From Heterodontus francisci (lineage: Eukaryota): a stretch of DNA of 64,000 nt. The position numbers were made by a program, and so were the translations under genes. The stretch covers positions 63,195,487 through 63,259,486 of the forward strand of contig NC_090382.1 in assembly GCF_036365525.1 (NCBI RefSeq). Direction: 5' to 3'. Of this stretch, positions 12,986-27,288 are shown piece after piece; positions within the stretch are counted from its first letter, which is position 1; every line of letters starts with the position of its first letter. The notes beneath the pieces are model-generated. The model saw nothing but the letters and a program-made list of their open reading frames with translations, ran no database searches and was not told the DNA's origin.

Positions 12986-15900
12986 TGGGGGTTAAACTGG
13001 GTAAGACATGGCAACGAACTCTAATTTAAATGTTCCAATAAGGCTCCAGTCTATTTTGGACGGGACTGTGGTCTGCCTATTACGAAGCCTGCTCGAAAAT
13101 ACATCAGGTTGCCCTCAGGCATGAAGTCTGCCCAAAGTTTTTTCACAAACATTCCAAATCAATACATTGACACCAAAAACTGTGAGAAAGGCAGATGAAA
13201 ATAACCTTCACAGATTGTGGTACACAATTAACCCATTCAGTGCATGGCAGGTTAAGCATTAGATTTGTGCTGTCTGCTGATTTTCACAATTGCTGCGTAC
13301 AGCCAGCGCTACCCACTGTTCATGGGCTGCATGCTTCAGCAGGAGGCCCAATATCATGAGTGGCTAGTGCTCCCTAAAGGTAGCCAGCTTCACTTAAAGG
13401 GGAGATTCATTACTAATGCTGGAAGTTGTGTCTGAAACTTAATTCATCTTGAAGATTTTTGCCAAGATGGCTCAACCTGCAAGAGAATGTACACCAAGGT
13501 TTTCTGATAATGCACTGGAGACCTTGGTGCAAGACATGGAGAGAAGGAGAAGTAACCTATATCTGCAGATGGGCAGAAGACCCTTGAGATAAATTCTGTG
13601 GAGGCAGTGGGAAGTAGCAGTGGAGCTCAATGTCAGGAATATAGCGTGAAGAACATGGAAGCACTGCAGGAAGAAGTTTAATGATATAACAGGAGCTGTC
13701 AAGATGGGTGATTCAATCTTCGAATGCCACATCCTACCAACTGCAACACTAGCCTCATCCACTGCTCATTCTACAACACCCCCATCACCCACCTTCTAAC
13801 AATCTCTATCAATTAGTACTAACACTTCAATTCATATGGTTTACATCACCATCAGATACTTAGCACTGTTGCAAGCTACAACTTGAACACACTTCCAGAA
13901 ATTCAACCATGCCAACCACATCACCCAAATATATTGCGAGATACTCACTGATACACTTCCCTCTTTCTTACAGGAGAAGGTAGTGCATAACAGAAGGCAG
14001 CAGGAAAGAACTGGAGGAGGACAAGTGAGCATGTATGTTTAATCCTCATGGAGACACAGTGGAGGCCATGGCCATGGGGTGGGGGGCAGGGTGGTGAAGT
14101 GATCAATGATGAGGGTACATGCATACTTCATCCTCCTTCTCATCCCACTTCTCCTTCATCCTACAATCTGTTCTGATTCGTAAGCTTGGAATGATCTGAC
14201 CACACATTTATTACATTCTCCTCTCCCCTCAGCACAACTCTTTGCCACATTTTCATTTCAGATAATCAAGAACTGGAACCTTCCCAGTCAGAGAAGGAAG
14301 AGCAAGAAGGCAGTGAAGGTGAAGAGACACCAGTCACATTGGTCAGTAGCTGGTCAGCCACTAGCTCAGATACTGACACTGTGCATATGTTAGAGGTTAG
14401 GATAGAGGAGGGATCTGCAGGTGGTGAGACAATGAGCACAAGTGCACAGGAGGCAGAGCAGGGGAAATAAGGATAACACAGGTGCCAGAAGGCAAGGTCG
14501 CACACTAATTCTGCTACAGAGAAGTCAGATGAAAACTTTGATGGCCCAGACTACAGAAGAAGGCTGATGGACGTACACAACCAAATGTTTGGTGCACTGG
14601 AAAATCTTCCAGAAAGCCTGCAATCCATGTCAAGGAACATGGGCAAGTCCATTTCTAACTTGGCACAGGACTTTTCACAATGCTTGGAGCCCATCTTTAC
14701 TAACATGGAATGTGTGGTCACCTCCATCAGCACACCTGTGGAACCCACCACGATGCAGCATCTGATGGCCGATGTCACTGTTTCCATTGCAACACAAACA
14801 ACTTCCATTAAATGTCTGAGTGCTGCAGTGCAATCTCAGACTGCTGCCTTGCAAGTTCAGACTGCTGCCATTGTGGTTCTAAATACCACTGGTCAAAGGG
14901 GCTTCCATAGCATCACAGCAGTCCAGCAATCTGTTATCCAACAGATCAGTAGGATTGCTGAGGGACTCTCCCGGGAGAGTAACAGTGGTTTCATGGAACA
15001 GGAACCTGCTGTCCTCTCTGAGAATGGCAGCATTCCTTCTCCCACCTCTGCCACACTGCCACTGCCCTTACCTTTGCCTGTCAACAAGCCAGGCCATACT
15101 GCTGCAGACCATGGCAAAGTGGTGCAGTGTGAAAGCAAGACCTCTAGGCCCAGGGCTGCTCAAGGTCAACCTCCAAAGCCAACTGCAATCTGCTCAATTA
15201 CAGGTCAGCAACGTTCCACCACCAATACTGTAGCCATTGAGAAAGCATCTCATTGGAGCACTAGGAAAGGTAAAGGCACACAGAAGACAAGAAGCAAGGG
15301 AATACACAAGTGTGATTAAATAATGCATACAGAAGGAAACTTGTGAGTGAATTTATAAAATTAGATTTGTATTTGCATTTCCTGGTGGTTTTTATTTTTG
15401 TGTTATCAGTAAAAGAACAATGGTGGTCAGTGGTAAAGGAAAGGTAAGAAGGTTTTTTTATTCATTCATGAGATGTGGGCATTGCTGGCTAGGACAGCAT
15501 TTATTGCCCATCCCTAATTGCCCTTGAGAAGATGGTGGTGAGCCGCCTTTTTGAACCGCTGCAGTCCATGTGGGGTAGGTACACCCACAGCATTGTTAGG
15601 AAGGGAGTTCCAGGAGTTTGACCCAGTGACAGTGAAGGAACGGCGATACAGTTCCAAGTCAGGATGGTGTGTGGCTTGGAGGAGAACTTGCAGGTGGTGA
15701 TGTTCCCATGCAACTGCTGCTCTTGTCATTCTAGGTGAAAGATGCTGTCTAAGGAGCCTTGGTGCATTTCTGCAGTGCATCTTGTAGCTGGTACACACTG
15801 CTCCCACTGTGCGTTGGTGGTGGAGGGAGTGAATGTTCATGGATGGGGTGCCAATCAAGCGGGCTGCTTTGTCCTGGATGGTGTTGAGCTTCTTGAGTGT

Positions 15901-16730
15901 TGTTGGAGCTGCATCCATCCAGGCAAGTGGGGAGTATTGCATCACACTCCTGAGTGTGGAACTTTTGACGACTGGGATACTGTCATTGAGGTTTCTGGTA
16001 TCCCAAGGGATTAATCTAATCATGTAGAGCCCAGGCAGAAAGGGACTGTCTACGTTGTAGCCTTCCTTCCTCTTCCTATTCTTTCATTTCCTCTTGTACT
16101 TACCTCTCCTCTTCGTCCACTTCCTCCCCTTTTTAGCAGCTTGTCCTACCCTGTGTGGTCTTGCTTCATTCTCCCAGTCATGTTCAATTCCCAGAGAAAA
16201 CCCTACCAGGCCACCCATGTCTGGAAACAACTCCTTTCAGCACAATATTTTATATGACTAAAAAGCACTATGAAACCAAACAGACCACTCACTGCAGAGT
16301 ATTCAAATGTTAGCCAAATATAGGAAGCCTCCAAAAACATGTAAAGTTACACCAGAAGCCAAAAGGAAAATATCCATCAACTAACCTGTAAGTACTTCAT
16401 GATCCCTTTGCTGGGGTACCTTCATCCCATTTAACATTATGTTCAGCAGAGCAAGGTTAGGACAGGGTGTTGGTTGGAGAGAAGAGCTGTAAAATTGCAG
16501 TGATGGCTTGGTCATTTCAAATCAGCACTGCACACTCATTCATGTCATCACCTCACTGCTCTGCATTCTGTCGGCGGTCAGTAGGTGCACACATGCAAGC
16601 CCCTTTACTAAGATGGCATCCTGCACACTACCCATCGGAAGTGTGCGCATGCATCATGGATCCCATTTGAGTTTTATGTAGCTGGATAACATCTACAAAG
16701 CAGACATCACATGAAGCAACTTACTCTCCC
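12986..16730 (+). mobile_element. Decayed PIF/Harbinger element with a spliced Myb/SANT-like gene
   Basis: ATG 13467 starts MAQPARECTPRFSDNALETLVQDMERRRSNLY...WRQWEVAVELN...RTWKHCRKKFNDI. Acceptors lie before 13974 (TTCTTACAG|GAGAAGG) and 14262 (TTCATTTCAG|ATAA), and the last exon includes ORF 14567-15319. The ends are approximate. Confidence 0.7.
15453..15953 (-). mobile_element. 3' fragment of the tRNA-headed LINE family
   Basis: It is near-identical to 29192-29695 (QYSPLAWMDAAPTTLKKLNTIQDKAARLIG...WNSLP). Confidence 0.92.
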
Positions 16731-17087
16731 TTTTATTAAAACCAGAGCCAACAATTTTTTTTGCCTTTATTATCTTTTTCCTTCTTTAGATTTCTTAATG
16801 CTGCGATATATTTTTCTTCATACAAAAATAGGGTTGGGACTCCCTATGTCCTATAAGGAGCTGAAAGGGTTAATGTTGGAGACAGTAAGAACAATCCCTC
16901 CCACTGTGGTGAGGATGATGTAACAGTCACATGGTAATGGGTTTTGGAAGTTGAGTAGCAGCACGAAGCATGCTAGCTAGAGAGGCTTGAGGACAGTGTA
17001 AATAGAGATGTATAAATAATAAAAGAGTAATTAGTTGACCTTATCCAAACTACAAGACTTTAGCAACAATGCCCTAGCTACGCTACT

Positions 17088-19908
17088 CTTGGCATTTCTT
17101 CATGGACGAAGATTTTGGGAAGGTTGTAGTCATCAGTTGCAGGCCCGCTGATGGCTAGTCAGGCCTATCCGTGACTGGCAGATTCTCCCACAGCGGGTAC
17201 AAATGAAAGTGTAGTCACTGCTACGGGCAATTGGATCTATCCTTCTCCTCCTTTTCTCTTTCATGCTGGTTCTTCGCTCAGTCACAAAGGTATCTGTAGC
17301 CCTACTGATGTAGCATCTCCAGGCATCACGATCTGTGCCCTGCGCTTCCCACTGACGATGGTCAATGTGGCACACAGAGACTGTTATGACCAGGTGAGAA
17401 AGAGGTCGAGGGTTCCCTTTCAGCCTTCACCTGGTCTTACTGTAACAGGGTTTAATTTTAAACACATTGTGTTTTTAGCTCCCCCTTGGTGAATCCTTGT
17501 TCACCACTTTCCAATCATAAGGCAAAGAAACCAGCACAAACAGGCTTTCTTAGGTTTAAAGAAGAAAAGTTGAAATTTATTAAACTTAAAATTAAACTCT
17601 AATTCGGTTGATGCCTACAGATACATGCCGTGCCCACGTTAGCATGCATACACGATACACACATGCAAATAGAGACAGAAAAGAGCAGAAGAAAAAATAA
17701 AGTGGAAAGATTTGAGGCAATTTCTGAAGAGTTGTTGTTATGGTTCTTCGAGCTCATTGCAGAGTCCTTGGTTGTAGGTAGATCTTGTTTTTCGTTGGGG
17801 CCCAGTATTCTTCTTAAATCTTGTTCACTGTGGGACACTTTTCTCTCTTGAGGTTCATGTGTCTTCAGTGAATTCAGAGGCTTGTGAGAAAGAGATGGGA
17901 CCAGGCAGACAGGAGAGGCTGTGGTGAGCCAACTAGGAGAGATTTTCTCTGTCCAGGAGCATTCTGCTTTTTGTCCAAAACTGTTTGTACAAATTCAAAT
18001 TGCCCAGCAGGTTAGTCATATGACTAGTTGTTTTGCCCATGTCTGTTTGTGTATTTGGCCATCTTAGCAGTCAACCTGGAATGCGAGCTCCCCCACCTTC
18101 AATGTTTGGTAATCAAAAGTCCATTGTGGGTTGAATGTGTCAGGGTATGGCTGCTTTGTCCTTCCAAACACCGTCTGTTAATATGCAAGTTTCCAGCCAC
18201 AGTTGATATGTTTAACAAGTGCTTTCTTCACTCCAGGAACAGTTTTAAATCAACGTTCATGACAAACTTAATGTGCCTCATTCTTGGCAGGTGGCGGCCT
18301 AGCATGACAAGAGGGACTTCTTCAGGGAGTACATAAAACGTTTACATGGGGCCCCTCTGTTCCTTTTACCCATGGTCAGCTCTCCATATAACACGATCTT
18401 GGGCAGGCGACTGTTGTCCATCCAGGCAATGTGACCCGCTGAACGCAGTTGGCTTTGCAGGAGGATGGCCTCGATGCTGGTGATGTTGGCTGTTTCCAGG
18501 ACTGCAATGTTTGAGATGTGGTCCTGCCAGTGTATCTTGAGGATGCTGCAGAGGCAGCACTGATGGAAGTGCTGTAGAAGGCATACATGAAGGCGGTATA
18601 GCACCCATGATTTGGCGCCATACAGAGGGTGGTGAGGACTGTGGCTTTGTACACTTTGAGCTTGGTCTGTGTTCTGAGGCTGTGGTTCCTGCACACACAT
18701 TTGTAGAGTTTGTCAAATGCACTGTTTGCTTTTGAGAGCCTATTGTCCACTTCCTTGTCTATGGTGGCATCAAACGAGATGACGCTCCCAAAATAAGTAA
18801 ATTGCTTAACGGCATTCAGCTCGGTTCCCTCGATGACAATGCTTGGTGGTCTATATTCTTCTTGGGGTGCAGGCCAACGCAGGACTTCAGTTTTCTTTAA
18901 ACTGAATTTTAGTCTGAAGAATTGTACCGCCTCCGAAAAATGTGTTGTTATACGCTGCAGATCTGACTGACTGTGGGCCAGGAGAGCACAGTTATTGGCG
19001 AAAAGAAGTTCATGGATGAGTTTTCCTTGTGTCTTTGTGTGAGCCTGAAGACGCCTGAGATTCCCTCAGTCCGGAAGCATACGTAAACTCCCTCCTTAAG
19101 GTCTTCCGTTGCCTGCTGCAGCATAATGTTGGAAAAGATGGTGAATAGGGTTGGGGCCAGCACACATCCTGCTTCCTGCCCTTGGAGATACGGAAGGGAC
19201 TTGAGAGGTTGCTGTTTTGCTTGATTTGTCTGTACTGATTTTCTTGAAACTGCTTCACCATGACCAGGAACCTGGGTGGGCATCCAAGTTTTTCAAGGAT
19301 TTTCCAAAGTCCATCTCTGCTCACTGTGTTGAATGCCTTGGTGAGGTCTACGAAAGTGATGTACAGGCCTTTGTTTTGCTCACGACACTGTTCTTGTAAT
19401 TGTCTGAGTGCAAATACCATGTCTGTGGTACCTCCATTTGCTCTGAAACCATGCTGGCTCTCTGGGAGGTTTTCTTCCGCAATGGTAGGCACAAGCCTGT
19501 TCAGAAGTATTTTATCCAGGATCTTCCCAACAATAGAAGGAGGGTGATCCCATGGTAGTTGGAGCAGTCTGATTTTTCTCCTTTCTTTTTGTACAAGGTG
19601 ATGATGACAGCATCACGAAGATCCTGTGGAATCCTGCCCTGTTCCCAGCAGGCCATGGAAAACTCATAGTGCTTGGTGTATAGGGCAGGGCCACCATGCT
19701 TCAAGGCTTTGGATGGGAGACCATCGGCTCCAGGGGCTTTGTTATTCCTCATCTGGTTGATGGCGGTCACAGTTTCCTCTAGAGTTGGGTTCTCATCCAG
19801 TTCTTCTTTGATAGGCTGTTGTTGGATGTGATTGGTGGCAGTATCATGCACTGTGCACTTGGCATTGAAGAAAGTTTCAACGTGCTCCGACCAGTGATCC
19901 AGGACTGA
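17088..19908 (-). mobile_element. RTE-clade LINE, 5'-truncated, inserted in the Gypsy 5' LTR
   Basis: A 10-bp TSD CTACGCTACT sits at 17078-17087 and 19909-19918. Motifs: KAPGADG, LPESQHGFR, FVDLTKAF, RLPKIVLYGEL and the C-terminal CTRCGRICQSRIGLTSHQRAC. Confidence 0.93.
17382..18309 (-). mobile_element. Solo LTR (~930 bp) inserted in the RTE
   Basis: Termini TGTTATG...CATGACA and a 4-bp near TSD AGAC/AGAG. Removing it restores the RTE frame KKSLSVCHIDH. Confidence 0.8.
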
Positions 19909-20234
19909 CTACGCTACTACTACAACAACAACACACAATATGGTGGCACCAGTTAAAACTACCAGAAAGTACTGAGAAAAATTGACCTTGTGAAATAGCA
20001 CCAAAAGAACAGCAAATCTCGTCGGGGAACTGCAAAAAGCTCCAGAGCTATTCTATAGCCAAAGAAGACAAGGACAGTCAGGAAGTCAGCTGTGCAGGCA
20101 TTCAGACTGCATCACAGAAGAGTGGGGTTTGCAACGAAACAACCAGGTCCAGCAATCAGGTTGCAAGTTACAGTGCCGGGTGACAGTCCAGAATCAGGTG
20201 AGAGAATTTTAAAAGGGGCCATTGTTGGATACCT

Positions 20235-21390
20235 ACACTGTTTGGGATTTTCTTCTCCCTGCTGCTCTCACATGCGTTCAAGTCTTCAGAAGAAGGAATT
20301 TTCCTCCATGCAAGATCAGGTGGCAGGTTGTTCAACCTTGCCCATCTAAGAGCGAAGACCAAAGTACGGAAAGTCCTCATCAAGGAACTTCTCTTTGCTG
20401 ACGATGCTGCATTAACATCTCACACTGAAGAGTGTCTGCAGAATCTCATCGACAGGTTTGCGGCTGCCTGCAACGAATTTGGCCTAACCATCAGCCTCAA
20501 GAAAACGAACATCATGGAACAGGACGTCAGAAATGCTCCATCCATCAATATCGGCGATCACGCTCTGGAAGTGGTTCAAGAGTTCACCTACCTAGGCTCA
20601 ACTATCACCAGTAACCTGTCTCTAGATGCAGAAATCAACAAGCGCCTGGGAAAGGCTTCCACTGCTATGTCCAGACTGGCCAAGAGAGTGTGGGAAAATG
20701 GCTCACTGACACGGAACACAAAAGTCCGAGTGTATCAAGCCTGTGTCCTCAGTACCTTGCTCTACAGCAACGAGGCCTGGACAACGTATGTCAGTCAAGA
20801 GCGACGTCTCAATTTATTCCATCTTCGCTGCCTCCGGAAAATCCTTGGCATCAGGTGGCAGGACCGTATCTCCAACACAGAAGTCCTCGAGGCGGCCAAC
20901 ATCCCCAGCTTATACACCCTACTGAGTCAGCGGCGCTTGAGATGGCTTGGCCATGTGAGCCGCATGGAAGATGGCAGGATCCCCAAGGACACATTGTACA
21001 GCGAACTCGCCACTGGTATCAGACCCACCGACCGTCCATGTCTCCGCTTTAAAGACGTCTGAAAACGCGACATGAAGTCCTGTGATATTGATCACAAGTC
21101 GTGGGAGTCAGTTGCCAGCGATCGCCAGAGCTGGCGGGCAGCCATAAAGGCGGGGTTAAAGTGTGGCGAGTCGCAGAGACTTAGCAGTTGGCAGGAAAAA
21201 AGACAGAGGCGCAAGGGGAGAGCCAACTGTGAAACAGCCCTGACAACCAATTTTATCTGCAGCACCTGTGGAAGAGTCTGTCACTCTAGTATTGGCCTTT
21301 ATAGCCACTCCAGGTGCTGCTCCACAAACCACTGACCACCTGCAGGTGCTTACCCATTGTCTCCCGAGACAAGGAGGCCAAAGAAGAAGA
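20235..21390 (+). mobile_element. RTE-clade LINE 3' part (second family)
   Basis: ORF 20328-21062 (LLFADDAAL, FTYLGS, RRLRWLGHVSRM), the C-terminal CSTCGRVCHSSIGLYSH, and a (AAG)n tail. Confidence 0.93.
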
Positions 21391-23883
21391 GGTTGAAAAA
21401 TGCGGGGCGAGAGGTCAATCTCTAGGGAAAAGGTGACTCGGAGTTGTGTGGAGTTGGCAACCATTACTCAACCAGATCGCGGAGCGAAAGCACAGGAACT
21501 CCGAGAAAGAGCACGAATACCTCCATTAAAGTCAAGACCATTTAAAAAGGGCAATACCATAAAAAGCCTAACAAAGCCTAAGAAAAAAAAATGGATTCAA
21601 AATTTCAAATGCCTGAAAGTTTCCATGATCATGAAGGACCCAATCTGGTACAAAATTGGTTCTTATGGAGAAAAAGATTTCTACAATTTAGGATTGCTTT
21701 CCAGCTGTATTCTAAATTAGAAGCAGAACAAGTAAATATCCTTTTATACTCTATGGGTGCAATTGCGGATGGTGTGATTGTGGGCCAAGCAATAAACGAG
21801 GCTTCTGGTAAATTTAAGGATGTGCTACAAGTCTTCGATAAATATATCAATTTACATAGTAACAAAATTCTGGAAAGTGCAAAGTTTAACAAGCGAGTCC
21901 AAAAGATAGGCAAATCCATAGATTCTTTTCTAAATGATCTCTACAGATTGGCAGGGATGTGACTATGGAGAATTGAAGGCGGAACTGATAAGGGACCAGA
22001 TAGTTGTTGAAATAGCTGATTAGTCTTTATCAGATCTCTTACAGTCAAAAGGTGACCTTACACTTGAAAGGCAATCTAGATCAGACGATAGGCAGAAGTC
22101 CGAAGACAAAACAGAGCCATTCTGTGGGCTGAAGAGAAGCCTTGGATTGGAAGAAATCCAATGACTGAACAGGTCTTGAAGCCAAAGACGGAGAGGCAAT
22201 CTAGAGAGAAAAAGACACACACAAGTGAGAAGGCGCATGGCACCAGGAAACTGTGCCAGCGCTGTGGAGCCAGGAACACCCATAGACGGGAGCAGTGTCC
22301 TGTTAGTAAAGTGGAATGTTTCAACTGTTAGAAATAGTCCATTACGGGAAAATGTGCCAGAGCAAGACCTCTTTGCTTAAAGTCGTAAAGCAGAAGACTT
22401 TCACACAAAGAGCGGTAAATGAAGTGCATCAACTTCCAGCAGAAAAAGAGCCAGGAGATTTCCTAGGATAAATTAATGAATTAATGGTACAAATCAAGGA
22501 TTTTGGACGGCAGACATTTACATAGATGGGCACATAACGAATTTCAGATTGGACACAGGTACTAATGTCGCAGTTCTGTCAGACCAAGAGCCATGGTTGA
22601 TGAGACATTGCCTCTAACCGGCAGACATGCAGTTGCCTGGTCCAGGCAGATCCCAATTGAAAGTGAAGAGTAAGCTTCAAGCAACTCGCAAATATATAGG
22701 GAGACAAATTATGGAAACCCTATATCTTGCAAAACCAAGAATTTTCCCTCCTAAGGAGAAAAGCATGCATAGACCTGCATCTGATCAAGAAGATTGAAGG
22801 AATCAAACATCCACGGGTTAACAGTCGCTTTCAAGCAGACTATCCAAAACTTTTCACAGGTCTCGGAAGACTCAAGACAGAATATAGAATCACACTTAAA
22901 GAAATTGCCAGACCAGTATGTATCTTTACACCCAGAAAGATAGCTCACCTGTTGATAAACCAACTACAAGACCAGTTGGAAGAGATGACCAGGATGGAAA
23001 TCATTTCTCCTGTTGTGACACCAAAGGAGTGTTGTTCAGCTATAGTTCCAGTCCCAAAACAAAATAGTACTCTTCATATCTGTGTGGATTTAACGCAGCT
23101 TAACAAAGCAATGATGTGTGAAATTCATCCAATGTCCACAGTGGATGACAGCTTGACGAAATTGTCTCAGAGCATCATGTTTTCCAAACTTAAATCTAAA
23201 ACTTGACTCTGGCAGCTTCCCTTCGACAAGAACTCAAGATTATTAACCACATTTATAACACCATTTGGAAGATTTTGTTTCAATCGGTTACCATTTGAGA
23301 TAACTTCCGCACCAAGAGATCTGTCCAAAGGTCTATGTCTAACATCTTGGAAGGGCTCAAAGGATTTATTTGTCAACTGGATGACATCCTGATGCATGGA
23401 CAGACAGTAGAGGAACATGACCGAAGAGTTCGAGCAGTTTTACAATGACTCCAAGAAGCAGGGCTAGCATTGAACAAGAAGTGCGAATTCCCCAAGACCT
23501 CAATCCGTTTCTTGGGACACATAGTAAGTAGTAAAGGTATAATGACAGACCCACAGAAGACATGAGCCATTACAAAATTCCCTACTCCTACTTCCGTTCA
23601 GCAGCTCCAAAGATTCCTTGGAGTGCTGAACCAGTTAGCCAAATTCCAAATAGTCAAACCTCATTTAGCGCAGGTAAGAGAATTGCTAAGACAACTTCTC
23701 AAAAAAGATCAAGTGTAGTGTTGGAGTTCACATCAAGAACAAGCATTCCGGAAGATTAAAGAAATGCTCATATTGCCGGACATCTTAGCACACTATAACC
23801 CTACACTACCAACGATAGCTACAGACACTGCATCTATGGGGTTAGGCGGAATCATTTTCCAGGAGGAACCTAATGGTTCTTGC

Positions 23884-26255
23884 TGTTGTATGATTACCTT
23901 TAAGAGTGGTGTCCCTTTAAGATCTTAATATGCTAATGAGCCAAGTACCAGGATACAGTCATGTGACTATAAGCTTGAGTCACTCTGTAACTGTAACACC
24001 TAGAGGCAGGTCCTGTAAATAGTTAGCTCTGTACTGTATATATTTGTTAGCTGTTAATAAACCTATTTGAGATCTTCAACAACCTGAACTCCATGCACCT
24101 GATTTATGCTGCATCAGACAACATTTCAAAGAACTCATTACATGGTGGCAACTGTGGTGAGAAGGCAGAATCTAAGATTGAAGACCACAGGGGAAACAGC
24201 TTTAAAAATTACCTTCCTGCAGCCAGAGGAGAGAAAGATAAAAAAAACTAGTTCAAACAGTGAAGAACACACTTCCCTCAAGCTGTAGAAGACAGAGCAT
24301 TGAATGGCATGCTGCAAATCAATTATTGCGATCAGTGAGTCATTGTCCCGATGGTCCAGGAATTCCCATTGAAAAAAAGCTTTGAGGTGCTTTAAAGGCT
24401 CGGTAAAAGAAAAATGGAAAACCCAATCCCTATCTCAGGCTTATTGATTGTTTTCAAAGGCTCCATCAGGCTGATTGAAGTTGCACTATTACAGGAGGCG
24501 TCGGACAGCAAAAAGCACGGGAATCCTCAATTCATGCTGCCCACAACTAGAGCTATAAAAAGAAACCATCAAACCACTCAAACACTACAGAGTCTTAATT
24601 CACTCAGCCAAAGTTTAAAGAATACATTAAATCACTCAAGCATAATGAGCTTCCATTTAGCAGCCAAAGGTTTTTAAAAAGCCTTTAAAGCCACTCAACC
24701 ATGTAGAATTGCCTATTGAACTGCTGTATAAACAAACTCTAGCAGAGAAAAAACATTTAAAATGCCTATTGCACACCTGTGTAAACAGACAGACTCGAGT
24801 GCTGGAAGATAAATAAACAAACAAGGAGGGCTAAACACCTGTTCCTGTCAATCAAAGCAGCCAAGAGAATTGTTTTCAAAGAAAAAACAGTACAGACTCA
24901 TAGAATAATCTTAAAGCAGCTTTTAAAGCAAAAGAACAGCAGGAAGATGGATACCAAAGTTCTAAGCATGAACTGAAAAGTCATGGGCAGCCTATCTGAG
25001 TTCCAAACAGAGAATGCAGTTATGCATCACTGACCAAGTAATTGTAGAACTAGAGAAACAGGCTGCAAAAATACTAATAGCAGTTGGAAATGAGGGATTA
25101 CACAGAATCAGTACCTCAGGCTTACCTGAAGAGGACCAGAAAGATCCCGCAAAGATATGGCAAGTGCTAGAAGATCAGCTCTGATTATGAGTAAATTTTA
25201 AAATTCACTGCCTGGAATTGGTGTTCTACAGGGAACAGCTACAGGAATCAATAGATCAGTTCATCAGTTGATGCCTTAGCAAAGGCAGCGAATGCAACTT
25301 CTCAGAAACTGAGATGCAAGAGTGACTAATGGAGCTGGTGATTGTATCAACACCCATTAAAGCATTTCAGAAGGACCTGTTGGGGAAAAAGAAAGGTCAC
25401 AGCATTGATGCACTGCTGGAAGATGGCAGGAAATATGAAGCCATTGTAGCTAGACAACAGCATCTACAGCACTAGATGCAACCAATGGTATTGGCACCAT
25501 AACCAGTTTGAAAAGAGTAAGCAAGCTGTGTGATACGTGTGGTTGTTCCCACTCACCGTGACGTTGTCCTGCATTTCAAGACCTATGTAAGGTGTTCAGT
25601 GCAAAAGGACCCTGAGCCTGCCTATGCAAGAAGTCTGGCTCCAAAGACACAGCCAGAAGTCATGGTGGGACACAGGCAAACAGGTGACAGGACCACAGCA
25701 ACAAGGAAAGCGTCAGAGACCTGCATAAATGCAAGCCGATATACGAAGTCCACCGTGAAACAAACTTGAAACAAGACTCGGAGAAGAGTGATTCTCAATC
25801 AGAAGATGAGCAAGCATTCCACATTGTGAACCTGACACACCTTGTCAATGAAGTCAAACAGCTAGAAGCTTTTGCTACTATGAACATCATGTGCCCAAAG
25901 AAAGCTGACAAACACACACTCAATGTTAAGATTGACATCAGCGCTAGTACAAATATCCTATCAGTCTGAATTCTCAAAGATATGTACCGGAGTTTTTGGA
26001 AATCCATGATACAACCAGCAACTACCAAATTATCTGCATACAATGGGTCACCCATCCCTTGCATTGGCACATTAAAAATGCAATGCAGATACAGCAAGTC
26101 AGCATGGGAACCACAAACGTTCTACCTGGTAGACATGAGCAGACCAGCGGTAGCAGGACTACCAAGCTGTAAGAACCTCAACACCATAACCATCCACGAG
26201 GTCACCAAGGTATGCATTACAGCAGAAGACACCAAGGGTACCCGCATTGTGTCGG
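23884..26255 (+). mobile_element. Gypsy element B (LTR, PBS, decayed gag-protease) nested in element A
   Basis: LTR TGTTG...TTACA 23884-24142 with AATAAA, PBS TGGTGGCA at 24143, Zn knuckle CDTCGCSH..CPAF, and protease VKIDISASTNIL / KLSAYNGSPIPCIG. Confidence 0.8.
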
Positions 26256-26259
26256 TGCA

Positions 26260-27288
26260 TTTTTTTTTCCAAAATATACTTTATTCATAAAAATCTGTAA
26301 AAATTATATTACCAAACAGTTTCAGACAGCACCAAGTCAAAAAATACAAACAGTGCAAAGGAGATCAGTTTCCTTCAATACAGGAGTGAGTTGCCTCACA
26401 ACCCTTCAATTCCATTTGTCATGCCATATACATTTTTACATTTTACAGCACACAAAATTTTCCCGATACAGTTCGAGGGGTTTCCCATGGATCCAGCCCC
26501 TCCGTTCAGCTTGGTGGGGGGACCTTACACAGTGGTCTTTCCCCATTGAGCCTTTGCAGCAGCTGCCCCAAGCTTTAGTGCGTCCCTCAGCACATAGTCC
26601 TGGACATTGGAATGTGCCAGTCTGCAACATTCGGTCGTGGACAACTCTTTGCGCTGCAAGACCAGGAAGTTTCGGGCAGACTAAAGGGCGTCTTTCACTG
26701 AATTGATAGTCCTCCAGCAGCAGTTGATGTTTGTTTTGGTGTGCGTCCCTGGGAACAGCCCGTAGAGCACAGACTGCTGTGTTACTGAGCTGCTTGGGAT
26801 GAACCTTGACTAAAACCACTGCATCTCTTTCCACACCTGCTTTGCAAAGACACATTCCAGAAGGAGGTGGGCAACCGTCTCTTCCCCACCACAGCCACCT
26901 CGAGGGCATTGTGCAGAGGGGGTGAGACTTCGCACATGCAGGAAGGATCTGACGGGGTGGGCTCTTCTCACCACCAGCCAAGCTACATCTTGGTGCTTGT
27001 TTGAAAGTTCTGGTGATGAGGCATTCCGCCAAATTACTTTGGCAGTCTGCTCGGGGAACCATCCGACAGGATCCACCATCTCCTTTTCCCATAGGGCCTT
27101 GAGGACATTCTATGCAGACCACTGCCTGATGGATCGGTGATCAAAGGTGTTTTTCCGTGGAAACTGCTCCACGAAGGATAGGTGGTACGGCACAGTCCAA
27201 CTGGATGGAGCGTTCCACGGCAATGTGACCAGGCCCATCCTTCGCAACACCGGGAACAGATAGAACCTCAGCACGTAGTGACACTTGG
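26260..27288 (-). mobile_element. Tx1/L1-clade LINE 3' end
   Basis: zf-RVT-type C-terminus WRNASSPELSNKHQDVAWLVVR...CPRGGCGGEETVAHLLLEC, with a poly(A) tail seen as the T run at 26260-26268. Confidence 0.88.
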
